Shown here one piece after another: positions 49,012 through 58,590 of a stretch of DNA of 64,000 nt. The position numbers and the translations under genes are program-made. The DNA is from Candidatus Latescibacterota bacterium (GTDB taxonomy: Bacteria; Latescibacterota; UBA2968). The notes under the pieces are model-generated. The model searched no databases. It had not been told where the DNA came from and saw only the letters and a list, made by a program, of their open reading frames with translations. Numbering within the stretch: the stretch's first letter is position 1; each line of letters starts with the position of its first letter. The stretch covers positions 4,576,001-4,640,000 of the forward strand of contig OZ220741.1 of NCBI GenBank assembly GCA_965116885.1, in the 5' to 3' direction.

Positions 49012-51263
49012 TGTTCTTTAGAAAACGTCTGCGCGAACGCACGCGCAGGACAAAACAACAGTGGAAACAGCGGGGAAAGCAAGCCTTTCGCATTGCATTG
49101 ATGCTCGCCCTCTTAGGCGCACTAACCGTCTTATTTCCCACGCAACAGCAGTACGAGTACAGTGCCTTCCGCGAAGGCGCGATTGCGCCAGATGAAGTCA
49201 TTGCATCCGAATCATTCCCCGTGTACAAAAGCGAAGAAGCGTACCAGGATGAAGTCGCAGAAGCTCGCCTCCAGATTTTGCCGGTTTTGCGCTATGATAG
49301 CACAGTGCAGCAAAGCAAACTGAACGCATATAAAACATTTCTAAACGACATAAAAAAGCACACAGGCTCCGGGGTAAGCGAATCGCTCTCACAAGAGCTA
49401 CGGCTTTCACACCCGGAAATTAGCCCCTTGTCGGAATCCACCCTGAAACATCTCATACCCGTATCTCGAAGGCGATCAGCCAGCCGCAGTACATTGACCA
49501 CCGCAGTTGAGAAAATTCTTCAAAGCACCTACCAGAACGGGATTATTGACCGGGAAATAAATACCGTCGAAGAGGGGTACGCAGAGGTTATACTGCTCAA
49601 TAATGGCTCAGAACGCCAAATTAGCCTTGAAGAACTGGCCGATATAGAAAATTTTACCTCGGAACTCCAACAAACCATAGAACAACAATTGCCAAAGGCA
49701 AGTGCTATGGAAATGAGAGCGGGCAGTGAACTGATCCTGGCCTATCTATCCTCCAACATTGCCTATGATGCTACCGAAACGCAGAGGCGAAGAGATGAGG
49801 CAGCCAGCAATGTCTCACGTACCAAACCAGGGACAGTCCTCAAAGGCGAGCGCATTATTGACAAACACGACCGCGTAACATCTGACGACATAGACAAACT
49901 CAGGTCACTGGCCGAACATATCAACCAGCGCCGCCAGCAAGACCCATTCATTGACCTCATTCAACGAGGTGCTGGGCTATCACTTTGCGCGTTGACACTC
50001 ATAATATTTTTTGCTTTTCTAAAATTTTATCGTCCCGACCTTTATCGTCCGTCCAAAAACATCGTACTGTTTGGTATCATTATTTTAATCCCTACTGCTG
50101 TGGCTGATTACGCCGCCCAAAGTCAGGCCATATCGCCGTTTCTCATCCCCGTCGCACTATCTGCAATGCTGGCGACCGTGCTCTTTGATGCCGTCATCGG
50201 CATGGTGATCACCCTTGTCGTTACAACGCTTTGTGCCAGCATACTCGGCGAACTCCAATACGGGATCATTTTTCTCACCACAGGCATTATTGGCGCATTT
50301 TCGGTACATCAGGTGCGCCATCGCAGAGATTTTTACCGTCCAGGTCTGTATCTGATTGCCGCTTATGCTCTGACAATCACCTCCACGGTTGGACTACTTT
50401 TTTCTTATACCAACACCACCGAGTTTCTCACGGAAATACGCGAAGATTTATTCTGGGGCATCTTGTCTGCCTGTGGTTCCTTAATCCTCACCATTGGATT
50501 ACTGCCCGTATTCGAAAGTGTTTTCAATGTCGTAACATCAATGACATTGCTCGAATTGGCGGACTTAAATCGCCCGCTGTTGCGCAATTTGGCCATTCGC
50601 GCTCCTGGCACCTTTAGTCACAGCATAAATATGGCCAATATCTCGGAAGAAGCCGCGGTCGCAATAGGTGCAGACCCCTTGCTCGCGCGCGTTGGGTGCT
50701 ATTACCACGATATTGGGAAGATGAGACGCCCACACTATTTTATAGAAAATCAGCATGGCGTGAATCCTCACGATGAGTTGCAACCTCAAATAAGTGCCCT
50801 GATTCTCATCTCTCATGTCAGGGACGGGATCGAATTGGCAAAAGAAGAAGGCCTTCCTCCGGCAATCATTGATCTCATCCCACAGCACCATGGGACTTCA
50901 GAAATGACTTCATTTAAACATCAAGCACAACTCATAGACGAACAGGCGGTCCGCGATGCCGACTTCCACTATCCCGGTCCCAAACCTCAGACTAAAGAAG
51001 CGGGCATTATTAACCTCGCAGACGCTGTTGAATCTGCGACGCGGTCTCTGCCCAACAATGATCCAGACGAAATTAGAGAACTCGTCCATACAATAGTCAA
51101 AGGCCGTTACGATGCTGGAGAATTGGATGAATGCGATCTTACATTGCGCGACCTGACCAGAATTCAGGAAGCCTTTTTACCCGTCTTGCAGGCTTCGCAC
51201 CATCACCGAGTCCCCTATCCCTGGCAAGTACAACAACAAGAGCGCCAAATCGCGAGCGGATGA
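49008..51263 (+). CDS. 7TM-HD (HDIG) phosphohydrolase, PgpH-like
   Basis: Extracytoplasmic domain, multiple TM helices, APGTFSHS, YYHDIGK, QHHGT, YPGPKPQTKEA, LADAVE. Confidence 0.92.
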   Translation: MMFFRKRLRERTRRTKQQWKQRGKQAFRIALMLALLGALTVLFPTQQQYEYSAFREGAIAPDEVIASESFPVYKSEEAYQDEVAEARLQILPVLRYDSTVQQSKLNAYKTFLNDIKKHTGSGVSESLSQELRLSHPEISPLSESTLKHLIPVSRRRSASRSTLTTAVEKILQSTYQNGIIDREINTVEEGYAEVILLNNGSERQISLEELADIENFTSELQQTIEQQLPKASAMEMRAGSELILAYLSSNIAYDATETQRRRDEAASNVSRTKPGTVLKGERIIDKHDRVTSDDIDKLRSLAEHINQRRQQDPFIDLIQRGAGLSLCALTLIIFFAFLKFYRPDLYRPSKNIVLFGIIILIPTAVADYAAQSQAISPFLIPVALSAMLATVLFDAVIGMVITLVVTTLCASILGELQYGIIFLTTGIIGAFSVHQVRHRRDFYRPGLYLIAAYALTITSTVGLLFSYTNTTEFLTEIREDLFWGILSACGSLILTIGLLPVFESVFNVVTSMTLLELADLNRPLLRNLAIRAPGTFSHSINMANISEEAAVAIGADPLLARVGCYYHDIGKMRRPHYFIENQHGVNPHDELQPQISALILISHVRDGIELAKEEGLPPAIIDLIPQHHGTSEMTSFKHQAQLIDEQAVRDADFHYPGPKPQTKEAGIINLADAVESATRSLPNNDPDEIRELVHTIVKGRYDAGELDECDLTLRDLTRIQEAFLPVLQASHHHRVPYPWQVQQQERQIASG

Positions 51264-51685
51264 ATACACTGGAAATTACAGCTCTGGTCGATGTCTGCGA
51301 TCTGAATATCCCTCAATTAGAAGCTGTCGTGAAACAACTTCTTTTAGACAACGAGGTGCATCTTCCCATTTCGTGCGTTCTAACCCATGACGCCCATATC
51401 CGACAACTCAACAAAGAATATCGGAACATAGACAAAACGACCGACGTTCTTTCATTTGAGCTTTCCGATGCGATCCATCCAGAAGCGCATTATTGTGGAG
51501 AGATATACATTTCAGTAGATCGCGCACGACAGCAAGCAAAAACGCATAACCGATCTCTACAGACAGAAATAACTCATCTGACAGTACATGGGACCCTGCA
51601 TTTGCTGGGATTTGAACACGATACCCCCGAGGGGTACACGCAAATGCAAAACGAAGAAAAAAAATACCTGACCTTGATGGGATAA
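51260..51685 (+). CDS. ybeY: rRNA maturation endoribonuclease YbeY
   Basis: LNKEYR..DKTTDVLSF, GEIYIS, HGTLHLLGFEH. Confidence 0.95.
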   Translation: MNTLEITALVDVCDLNIPQLEAVVKQLLLDNEVHLPISCVLTHDAHIRQLNKEYRNIDKTTDVLSFELSDAIHPEAHYCGEIYISVDRARQQAKTHNRSLQTEITHLTVHGTLHLLGFEHDTPEGYTQMQNEEKKYLTLMG

Positions 51686-51720
51686 CCCTTGCTACAAACA
51701 ATCATTCCCGCGAAAGGAGC

Positions 51721-53037
51721 GTGATTTTTTTGGACGATCCTTGGCCAGCAATCATTATAACCATCGCTTCTATTCTTCTGACAGCCGCTTTCTCCAGGCT
51801 CGGATCTATTGTTGTTTCACGCACAGCCCTCGAACGCCTGCACGAAGAAAAAATAGGACGTGCAGGGCTCTACCTCTGGCTCTATCGCTCCCGCGATTTT
51901 GTGTCACAAATGGTTTTGCTCGGTCAGACAATCGCCATATCTATAGGCGCTCTGGCACTGTTTTCCATTCTTTTTCAGACGTTAAAACCGGGTTTCTGGC
52001 TGTATCCCAGTGCAGTATTGCTCATCGCACTTTATGTATTTATTGCCCTGGTCATTCGCAGCATCGTTCCCCCCTACCGAAGGGAAGAGGGATCAGACCG
52101 TCCGCTACCCTTTTTGCCATTATGTTTTTTGCCCTTTTACTTTATTCTTGTCCTTCCCACACTCTTGTTGCTAAAAGCGCAAACTGTTTTCTTGAGCGAA
52201 GACGATAGCCGAGCACTAAAAGAAGAAGAATTGCGGAATATCGTCGAGTCGGAAACAGAAGAAGGCACCATCGAAGCAGAAGAAAGGGAAATGATTGAGG
52301 GCATCTTTGAATTCGATGAAACAACGGTCAAAGAGGTGATGATCCCGCGCATAGATATAATTTCTGCCGAGGTAACGGCCACGCCCAAAGAGCTTCTCGA
52401 ACTGATCCAACAATCCTGGCACTCGCGAATTCCCATCTATGAAGAGCGAATCGACAACATCAAAGGCGTCGTCTATGTCAAAGATATTTTGCTCAATCTG
52501 GCGACCAATCAGCCGTGGTCTATCCCAGAGATCATGCGTACGCCATACTTTGTGCCAGAAAATAAGACTCTCGCTGAACTAATGGCCGAATTTAAGCGCG
52601 AAAAAGTACACATGGCAATTGTCGTCGGGGAATATGGCGGAACGTCTGGCCTCATTACAATGGAAGATATTATCGAAGAAATTGTCGGTGAGATTCAAGA
52701 TGAATACGACGATGAAGAACCGCTTTTTGAATGGCGCGAAGAGGGCAAAATACTCGTAGCAGATGCGCGCATTGACATCGAAGACCTCAATATCGTGCTC
52801 AACGTCGAACTGCCACAAAACGGTTACGAAACGCTCGGAGGATTTATATACAACGTGCTTGGACACGTACCTCAGATAGATGAAAATTTAGAACACGAAA
52901 ATCTATTTATTGAAATCCTTCAGGTCGTAGGACAACGCATTACACGAGTAAAAATCACCAAACGCGGAGAGCCTTCACAGGACGAGCCAAAACGCGATGA
53001 AGAAATACAAATACAAAACGACAAACCGCAGAAATAG
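51721..53037 (+). CDS. Hemolysin/CNNM family CBS-CorC protein
   Basis: TM region, VKEVMIPR, HSRIPIY, EYGGTSGLITMEDIIEEIVGEIQDEYD, ETLGGF. Confidence 0.93.
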   Translation: MIFLDDPWPAIIITIASILLTAAFSRLGSIVVSRTALERLHEEKIGRAGLYLWLYRSRDFVSQMVLLGQTIAISIGALALFSILFQTLKPGFWLYPSAVLLIALYVFIALVIRSIVPPYRREEGSDRPLPFLPLCFLPFYFILVLPTLLLLKAQTVFLSEDDSRALKEEELRNIVESETEEGTIEAEEREMIEGIFEFDETTVKEVMIPRIDIISAEVTATPKELLELIQQSWHSRIPIYEERIDNIKGVVYVKDILLNLATNQPWSIPEIMRTPYFVPENKTLAELMAEFKREKVHMAIVVGEYGGTSGLITMEDIIEEIVGEIQDEYDDEEPLFEWREEGKILVADARIDIEDLNIVLNVELPQNGYETLGGFIYNVLGHVPQIDENLEHENLFIEILQVVGQRITRVKITKRGEPSQDEPKRDEEIQIQNDKPQK

Positions 53038-53092
53038 CTTGACAATAACCCCAAAATCCCGTTCTTTTTTAGTGCTTATCTGGACATAAGGT

Positions 53093-53147
<55 letters not shown>

Positions 53148-53169
<22 letters not shown>

Positions 53170-54716
53170 ATTGCACCGTCTCGCTGAACTTCTGACCTGT
53201 CCGATTCACGACAGGAACGAAATAAAGCGAGAGAAATCTCATCAGGGGTGTAAACGAGATAGTTGATGTGGAGACTTAACAGGTCTTTCTGCTCCTCTGG
53301 TGTGGCTTCATTATATAATTCCTCAAAGGTCGTAAGTTTTTGTTGCATCTGAGCAACGCTTACGGCCTTTTGTTTTTCCTCTGATAGCGTAGCTTCATTT
53401 TCCATCATCTCCTGCTCTATTTCGCTTTTTTGCTCCTCCAGATCAATAATTTTTTGGCTGATAGTTTTTATGCCAATCTTCCTGGAGGCGAGGCTTTCCA
53501 CGAGCACATCCAGTTTCTTCTTAATATCTATAAGAAGTCTCTGATAATTCCTCTGTGTTTGCATCAGGTTTTTCATACGCTCTGAGTTCTTATTTGTCGC
53601 ATCTGCAATAAGCTCTTGGACACGTTTTTGATCTCCGCCGAGTTGAAATAGTCGGTCAATGACCACTCGTTCAAGAGCGGGTGCGGGAACATATTTCATG
53701 GCGCAAGCCCTGTCTCCGCGATGAATCTTGCTCGTGCATTGATAATAACTGTACAGCTTTTTATGACGATTTGTCGAATATACGGGCGTCATGTGAGAAG
53801 AACACCATCCACATTTTGCGAGACCTTTGAGCAAGAAGACGTGCAGGTTCTGTTTTCTGTTTCTATGCGGATCAGACCGTTTGACTTCCATGATCGCTTG
53901 CGCTTTCCGCCACAATTCGATTGGGACAATGGGTTCGTGCTGGCCCTCATAAACCTCACCTTTGAAAATAATTTTCCCGATAAAAAATTGGTTTTGCAGG
54001 ATACGCATGATGCTTGTGTTATTGAACTTCTTGCCCGCACGGACCTGACCTCTCCTGGAGACATACGATTTTGTGCGATAGCCCTTTTCATTTATCACCT
54101 GCGCTGTGGCTCGAAAACTTTGCTCTTTAACGTACGTCTCAAAAATTCTAAGCACCAATTCTCGCTCTACTTCATTCGGTTTCGGGACACCTTTTTCGTC
54201 AGGGTCAACATCATATCCGAGAATCTGTCCACCATTTGTCAGCCCCTTTTCAGCCCTCCACTGCATTTTTTCTCTCGTCCTCTCACTCGTACGCTCCCGC
54301 TCTAATTCTGCCGTCGCCAGAGAAATTGAGAGCGCAAACCGCCCCATAGCGGTTGATGTGTCAAAATTTTCATTGATTGAAATGAATATTGTTTCGTTTT
54401 CTTCCAAAAATTCATGAAGCTGGTAAAAGTCGACGATAGACCGGCTGACGCGATCAATTTTTGTGCATAACACCGCGTCAATCTTTCCCTGCTCAATGTC
54501 TCGAACCATTCGCTTGTATTCAGGGCGGTCTAAATTCTTCCCTGATTTGCCTTCTTCACGATAGATTGCAACGGCTTTCCATTCTTCCTCTGAGGATGTG
54601 GAATCCTTGAGTTCAATATACTTTTGAAGAAGATCAATTTGGGTATCCAGACTGCCGTTCTGAATCTCGGCTTGCAGGTCGGTGGAAACCCGTGCATAAA
54701 GACCACATTTAATCAC
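53148..54716 (-). CDS. Large serine recombinase (resolvase + recombinase + zinc ribbon + coiled coil)
   Basis: LYARVST (catalytic Ser), SGKNLDRP, IDRVSRS, HEPIV, LLKGLAKCGWC...YYQC...C; GTG start 54716 behind AAGGAGG. Confidence 0.95.
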
Positions 54717-54901
54717 ATCTACCTCCTTTGCCCTGTATTGTTTTATTTGGGAATTATATCCGATAATAACCATAGAATAGGTTACGAATATATGTCCTGT
54801 TTATTTATTATAAATATACTTAAAAACAATACTTTATGCAATATCATTATTGTATATAATCTCCTTTTATTTATTCGCGACTCCACTTCCATGAATACTG
54901 C

Positions 54902-55072
54902 TCATGAATGGTTTTCCAACCATCGGAGATAAATAGTTTGGCAGAGATCTCGCAAGTGAGTTGTCCGCTCTTCAGGAGATAATTGGGCATAGGGATTTTG
55001 GAGATTTGGAGGACCTTCATCTATGACCGTAACAGGGATATTGTCCCAGTCGATTTTTTGTCGTTTTGCCAT
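54902..55072 (-). CDS. 56-aa hypothetical protein
   Basis: Below the ORF-track cutoff. MAKRQKIDWDNIPVTVIDEGPPNLQNPYAQLSPEERTTHLRDLCQTIYLRWLENHS with AAAGGTG RBS. Confidence 0.6.
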   Translation of the reverse strand: MAKRQKIDWDNIPVTVIDEGPPNLQNPYAQLSPEERTTHLRDLCQTIYLRWLENHS

Positions 55073-55154
55073 GACCACACCTTTCTTATCAGGTGTGGTT
55101 TTTCCTACTCCCTGATATTGTTATTAGGGTTTTACTGCGGTTATTTTTCGAGTC

Positions 55155-55319
55155 TTATTTGTGTTGCACATCTTGTGTCGGGGCGTCTATTTTGATGCTT
55201 TGTTCTTGTACGACATTGACCAGCTCACCTCGTTGAATGCGCAACGTAATCGAACCCCAAAAAGAGGTGTCAAGATTCTGTAAGAGTTCTGAAATTTTTT
55301 TAATTGTTTGTGTTTTCAT
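55155..55319 (-). CDS. 54-aa YezD/DUF2292-like protein
   Basis: MKTQTIKKISELLQNLDTSFWGSITLRIQRGELVNVVQEQSIKIDAPTQDVQHK; GS(I)TL.I..G.LV.V....SIK pattern; AAGGAG RBS. Confidence 0.65.
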   Translation of the reverse strand: MKTQTIKKISELLQNLDTSFWGSITLRIQRGELVNVVQEQSIKIDAPTQDVQHK

Positions 55320-55462
55320 TTCTCGATCTCCTTCTGCCGGTTTTTATTGGCGTTTAACTTAATTCGCGTTTCTTGATATGTAGCATCCACTCGTGAGGAC
55401 TGACCCTGTCAGCGTCACTTGCCCCAGTACAGGGAATGCAGGGCATCATTGGTCTCGCCTAA

Positions 55463-55671
55463 AAAATAAGCCATATAAAAATAGATTTCTAATGCAATTA
55501 AGGGCAAATAACGTTAAAAAATGAACCGTTGACTCAATCAGACGCATACGGGTAGCATCTATTGTAAAATAAGCCCTACGAAAATAGATTTCTAATGCAA
55601 ATAACAAAAAATATCGTTAAAAAATGAATCATTGGCTCAAATAGACGCAGACGGACGGGTAGTATCTATTG
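55463..55671. repeat. Imperfect ~103-bp tandem duplication
   Basis: Units 55463-55564 and 55566-55671 share AAAATAGATTTCTAATGCAA, CGTTAAAAAATGAA and ACGGGTAG(C/T)ATCTATTG. Confidence 0.85.
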
Positions 55672-55976
55672 ACCCTTTGATCCCGGCATAAATATCCCGT
55701 GCGCCTGCATGGGACAACGCCTGCGATGACATCATCTATGGTGTCGTTTTGAGTACAATACACAAGCCCGTTGATCACAAACGATGAATAGGTATGGAGA
55801 TGGGGTAAAATGAGCCGTTCATCAGACTCATTCATTGACCTGTTTTACACCGATTGATGGGCTTTTTTATTTGATCATTAATGCCAGCGCATGGCAGGCG
55901 TTGGGAGGTTGGCAAGTACGAAGTGAGGCGGAAAAATAAGACTCTACAAGGCAGGATAAAGCCTATACTTTGTATA

Positions 55977-56038
55977 AAAGAAGCGGGCCGTGTTTACGCA
56001 CGGCCCAACATTTCAAATATGTCTTGGCACCAGACATC
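55977..56038 (-). ncRNA. Candidate antisense sRNA, cassette A
   Basis: Extended -10-like TGGTATCGT, hairpin ATGTCT-GGTGCCA-AGACAT, terminator GGGCCGTG-loop-CACGGCCC-GCTTCTTTT. Confidence 0.55.
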
Positions 56039-56090
56039 TATACGATACCAAATTCAGATGTTTGGGGTAAGCAAAAATAGGAGGATTATT

Positions 56091-56335
56091 ATGCCCCCAT
56101 AGAGCGGTATTTTTTTCGGGTATCGGATGGCTGGGGTAGCATCTATCATCCGTCGCCGCAGCGAATGAGTGATGGTGAGCTTGCGCGGGCAATCAGCGCA
56201 CGTATGAATAAAGAGCTGGCACCACTATGGCCTGCTCCAATCTCGGCTATCAGATATGGATGATTGCCATTTACCTCATGTCGCCGAGTTTGTCGCAAGG
56301 CAGAATATGCGCCAAGGATACTGTTGAGCAGATGA
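56091..56335 (+). pseudogene. Disrupted paralog of the 47-aa peptide gene
   Basis: GGAGG-ATG 56091 is out of frame at a C5 run. Frame at 56165 reads MSDGELARAISARMNKELAPL..., then an in-frame TGA (56261), then ...RKAEYAPR. Confidence 0.5.
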
Positions 56336-56390
56336 AAATGGTCGTGCAGAGATTCGAGGGAAAGAGGCTGAGGTATTGCGAGCTGGTGGC

Positions 56391-56419
56391 TTGACAGTAT
56401 AGGCGGAATGTGGTAACGT
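56391..56419 (+). promoter_or_regulatory. Sigma70 promoter for the 47-aa ORF leader
   Basis: TTGACA-17 bp-TAACGT with TG extension. Confidence 0.65.
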
Positions 56420-56438
56420 TGAGGAAAGAAAAAGGCAC

Positions 56439-56498
56439 AAGAAAAGCCCCTCTGGGGAGGGGCTCATCTCAAATAATGACTTGCGGCCAGCAGTCTCT
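56439..56498 (-). ncRNA. Candidate antisense sRNA, cassette B
   Basis: TTGCGA-17 bp-TATATT promoter (56530-56502), hairpin GACT...AGTC, terminator AGCCCCT-loop-AGGGGCT-TTTCTT. Confidence 0.6.
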
Positions 56499-56547
56499 AT
56501 AAATATACAGAACCTCTGACTGGCTCGCAAGCAGAAAGGAGTCTGTC

Positions 56548-56691
56548 ATGACCCCGGGAAAAAGGAAGAAAGATAGCCAGCTTGCCCGTGCTATTGTCAA
56601 GAATATGCGTAAAGAACTGGCACCACTCATCCGAACTGTCAAGCACAGAGAATATGCCAAGAAACAGCCTGCTAACACGCCAAAGCTATAA
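56548..56691 (+). CDS. 47-aa basic peptide
   Basis: MTPGKRKKDSQLARAIVKNMRKELAPLIRTVKHREYAKKQPANTPKL with AAAGGAG RBS; paralogous segment upstream. Confidence 0.65.
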   Translation: MTPGKRKKDSQLARAIVKNMRKELAPLIRTVKHREYAKKQPANTPKL

Positions 56692-56697
56692 AGAGTA

Positions 56698-56976
56698 TTA
56701 CTTTTTTGGCGTAAATCCGTGTTTCTTCAGAATCTTATTGATCTCTGCCTGAGCTTTGGCCTGTTTCAAGATCCTCTCTATCTTTATATCTATCGAAGAT
56801 TTCCGATTTCTAAATATCTTCGATAGCCCCAAAGATAGTATTCCTAAACCTGCGACAATCAGATTTTCACTTACGGTTTTGGACAGAGACCTTTGATTCG
56901 CCTCAATATCTACAAGGGTCTTTATACTCTCCAACCCCAATGGATCATCTTGTTCTGTTAGGTCTTGTTTCGCCAT
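56698..56976 (-). CDS. Hypothetical protein with central hydrophobic segment
   Basis: MAKQDLTEQ... with GGAGG RBS; LIVAGLGILSLGL segment. Confidence 0.6.
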   Translation of the reverse strand: MAKQDLTEQDDPLGLESIKTLVDIEANQRSLSKTVSENLIVAGLGILSLGLSKIFRNRKSSIDIKIERILKQAKAQAEINKILKKHGFTPKK

Positions 56977-57004
56977 GCTATATCCTCCTGATAGCCTGCC
57001 CTTG

Positions 57005-57844
57005 TTACCGCCGACTATCGGCTCCTCTTCTAGCAACATTGAATGAATACGTTTCGTTGTTGCCCTTAGAGATTGATGTAGCATAAATCCCCGCAAAGTT
57101 ATCTGCATATCTCTTATCTTTCTTCAAAAAAGAAAGAGAATAAAAATAGGCTTTGGCATAAGCTTCAGCATAGGTATATCTCTTGCTGTTTGACCAGCGC
57201 GTATCATGGAAATAAGATCTGTACCACCCTTCAGCAAAAACCTCCGCATACTCTTGCGTATAATCCCCTGTTATGGCTACCGCATAGCCATAAGCCTCCA
57301 ATGGGCCCATCCTCATCTTTTCTTGCCCCTCAGCATAAGTTAGTGCAAACTTATCCGTCTTCCCTTCACATTTTGAACTTGCATAGACATCCGCACTTTT
57401 TGGGCTCAAACCATAGAATGTCGCTCCATGGGCGTAATGCTTTGTGTAGTAAAGTATCAAATCCATAGACGCTTTATAGCCCAACTCTTTTATCTTTTTT
57501 ATATTTTCTTCTAGCTTTACTGCCCCTTCAGCGTAAGCTATAGCATAGACATCACTGCGCCCCTGACTCTTTTGCTGAGCATAATTAACTGCATAATGTT
57601 CGCTCCGCCCCCAATCTATATTTTTCGCGTAACTTTTTGCATAGATCGTGTCTTTGCCTGCATCTAACATTTGCAAGTAATGCGTTGCAAAAACATGAGA
57701 CTTCCCTTGTTCTCTCAGGTCATCATAGGTGCTCCCATAAACCTGAGAGTGGTAAAAAACATTGATCTGTGCATGGAAGATAATGAGAAGCGAAAGAACC
57801 GTTATTCCTGCAATAAAACAATATGCTATAATGCGGTTTGACAC
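57005..57844 (-). CDS. Membrane-anchored/exported protein with G.S..YA..YA helical repeats
   Basis: GTG start 57844 behind GGAGG; N-terminal hydrophobic helix; repeats GKSHVFATHY, GRSEHYAVNYA, GRSDVYAIAYA, GLSPKSADVYA, GKTDKFALTYA. Confidence 0.7.
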   Translation of the reverse strand: MSNRIIAYCFIAGITVLSLLIIFHAQINVFYHSQVYGSTYDDLREQGKSHVFATHYLQMLDAGKDTIYAKSYAKNIDWGRSEHYAVNYAQQKSQGRSDVYAIAYAEGAVKLEENIKKIKELGYKASMDLILYYTKHYAHGATFYGLSPKSADVYASSKCEGKTDKFALTYAEGQEKMRMGPLEAYGYAVAITGDYTQEYAEVFAEGWYRSYFHDTRWSNSKRYTYAEAYAKAYFYSLSFLKKDKRYADNFAGIYATSISKGNNETYSFNVARRGADSRR

Positions 57845-58071
57845 GGGACACCTCCCTGGTGAGAGAAGCCGCCGCACCCGTAGAGCATTTGACACAAAGC
57901 ATGTTCTTATATACATTTGCGTCCTCATTTTTATGCTATGGTGGATGCGACGGCTAAATTGTGACGCTACGTATTCGCCTTCTGCTGGGGGTCCCTGCAC
58001 GGATCCTCAGCTTTTTTTATCTATGTGATGCTCTGCATTTTCAGGCATAATTATTATGAGAGGAGTTTGGC

Positions 58072-58233
58072 TTATGTGTATAGTGCCGAAGCACTGCCAA
58101 AGAGACATGCGAGGACAGCCAGCATTGTAGTGTCATTGTCCTCATGGAACAGGGTTGACACCTCATCTGCTGCCTCTGTATCTGTCTCCATTTCTGGCAC
58201 TTCACAGCCAGGAAACGGGATTATATTCGACAC
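58072..58233 (-). CDS. 53-aa hypothetical peptide
   Basis: MSNIIPFPGCEVPEMETDTEAADEVSTLFHEDNDTTMLAVLACLFGSASALYT; very strong RBS AAAGGAGGTGA. Confidence 0.55.
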   Translation of the reverse strand: MSNIIPFPGCEVPEMETDTEAADEVSTLFHEDNDTTMLAVLACLFGSASALYT

Positions 58234-58394
58234 AGTCCCTCACCTCCTTTCAATGTTAAATGTGGATTCGCCGTATGTCACTTATAGGGAGTGCCACACG
58301 GCACAAAAAAGCCCTGACATTTCAAACCTTTTTAGTTTGTCCGCCAGGGCACAAAACACATATCGCCTTATGCGATTTTTTTTGTCAAGAAGTG

Positions 58395-58590
58395 TGTCGT
58401 GTCCTAGTTAGCCCTTTCCGGCACCGTTAAAAGGTGCCGGGCGGAGTTCACCATCGCACGGACACAGATCCGGGAAAGTTCCTACCTATTCGCCCGGGCC
58501 GGGTAGCTAGTCCAGCCTTTGTGAAAGGCTCTTGTATTTAGTAGGCCACCCGACTTCGGGTGCCCGTAACAATGATGAACAAGAGCAATA
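58395..58590 (-). ncRNA. Candidate multi-stem structured RNA/ssDNA element
   Basis: GC-rich island of stems: GCTCTTGT/ACAAGAGC, CACCCGA/TCGGGTG, AGCCTTT/AAAGGCT, CTACC/GGTAG, GTGTCC/GGACAC enclosing CCGGCACC/GGTGCCGG; TTTACA-16-TATATT upstream on the minus strand. Confidence 0.45.

Noticed and set aside
55463..55671. Possible CRISPR mini-array
   Set aside because: Only two units, ~103-bp period, the intervening sequences are homologous rather than unique spacers, and no cas genes are in the window.
56261..56263. In-frame TGA as selenocysteine or recoding
   Set aside because: The paralog has no Cys at this position, other genes in the window use TGA as stop, and the ORF has a second lesion, so decay is the simpler explanation.
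58418..58442. GGCACCG...GGTGCC hairpin resembling a tracrRNA 3' stem
   Set aside because: The match is only a short GC stem; no anti-repeat, array, or Cas9/IscB/TnpB gene nearby.
58400..58515. HDV-like or twister ribozyme (GGCGAAT and GGCTAA on the minus strand)
   Set aside because: I could not build the required nested pseudoknots by hand, so it is kept only as an unassigned structured element.
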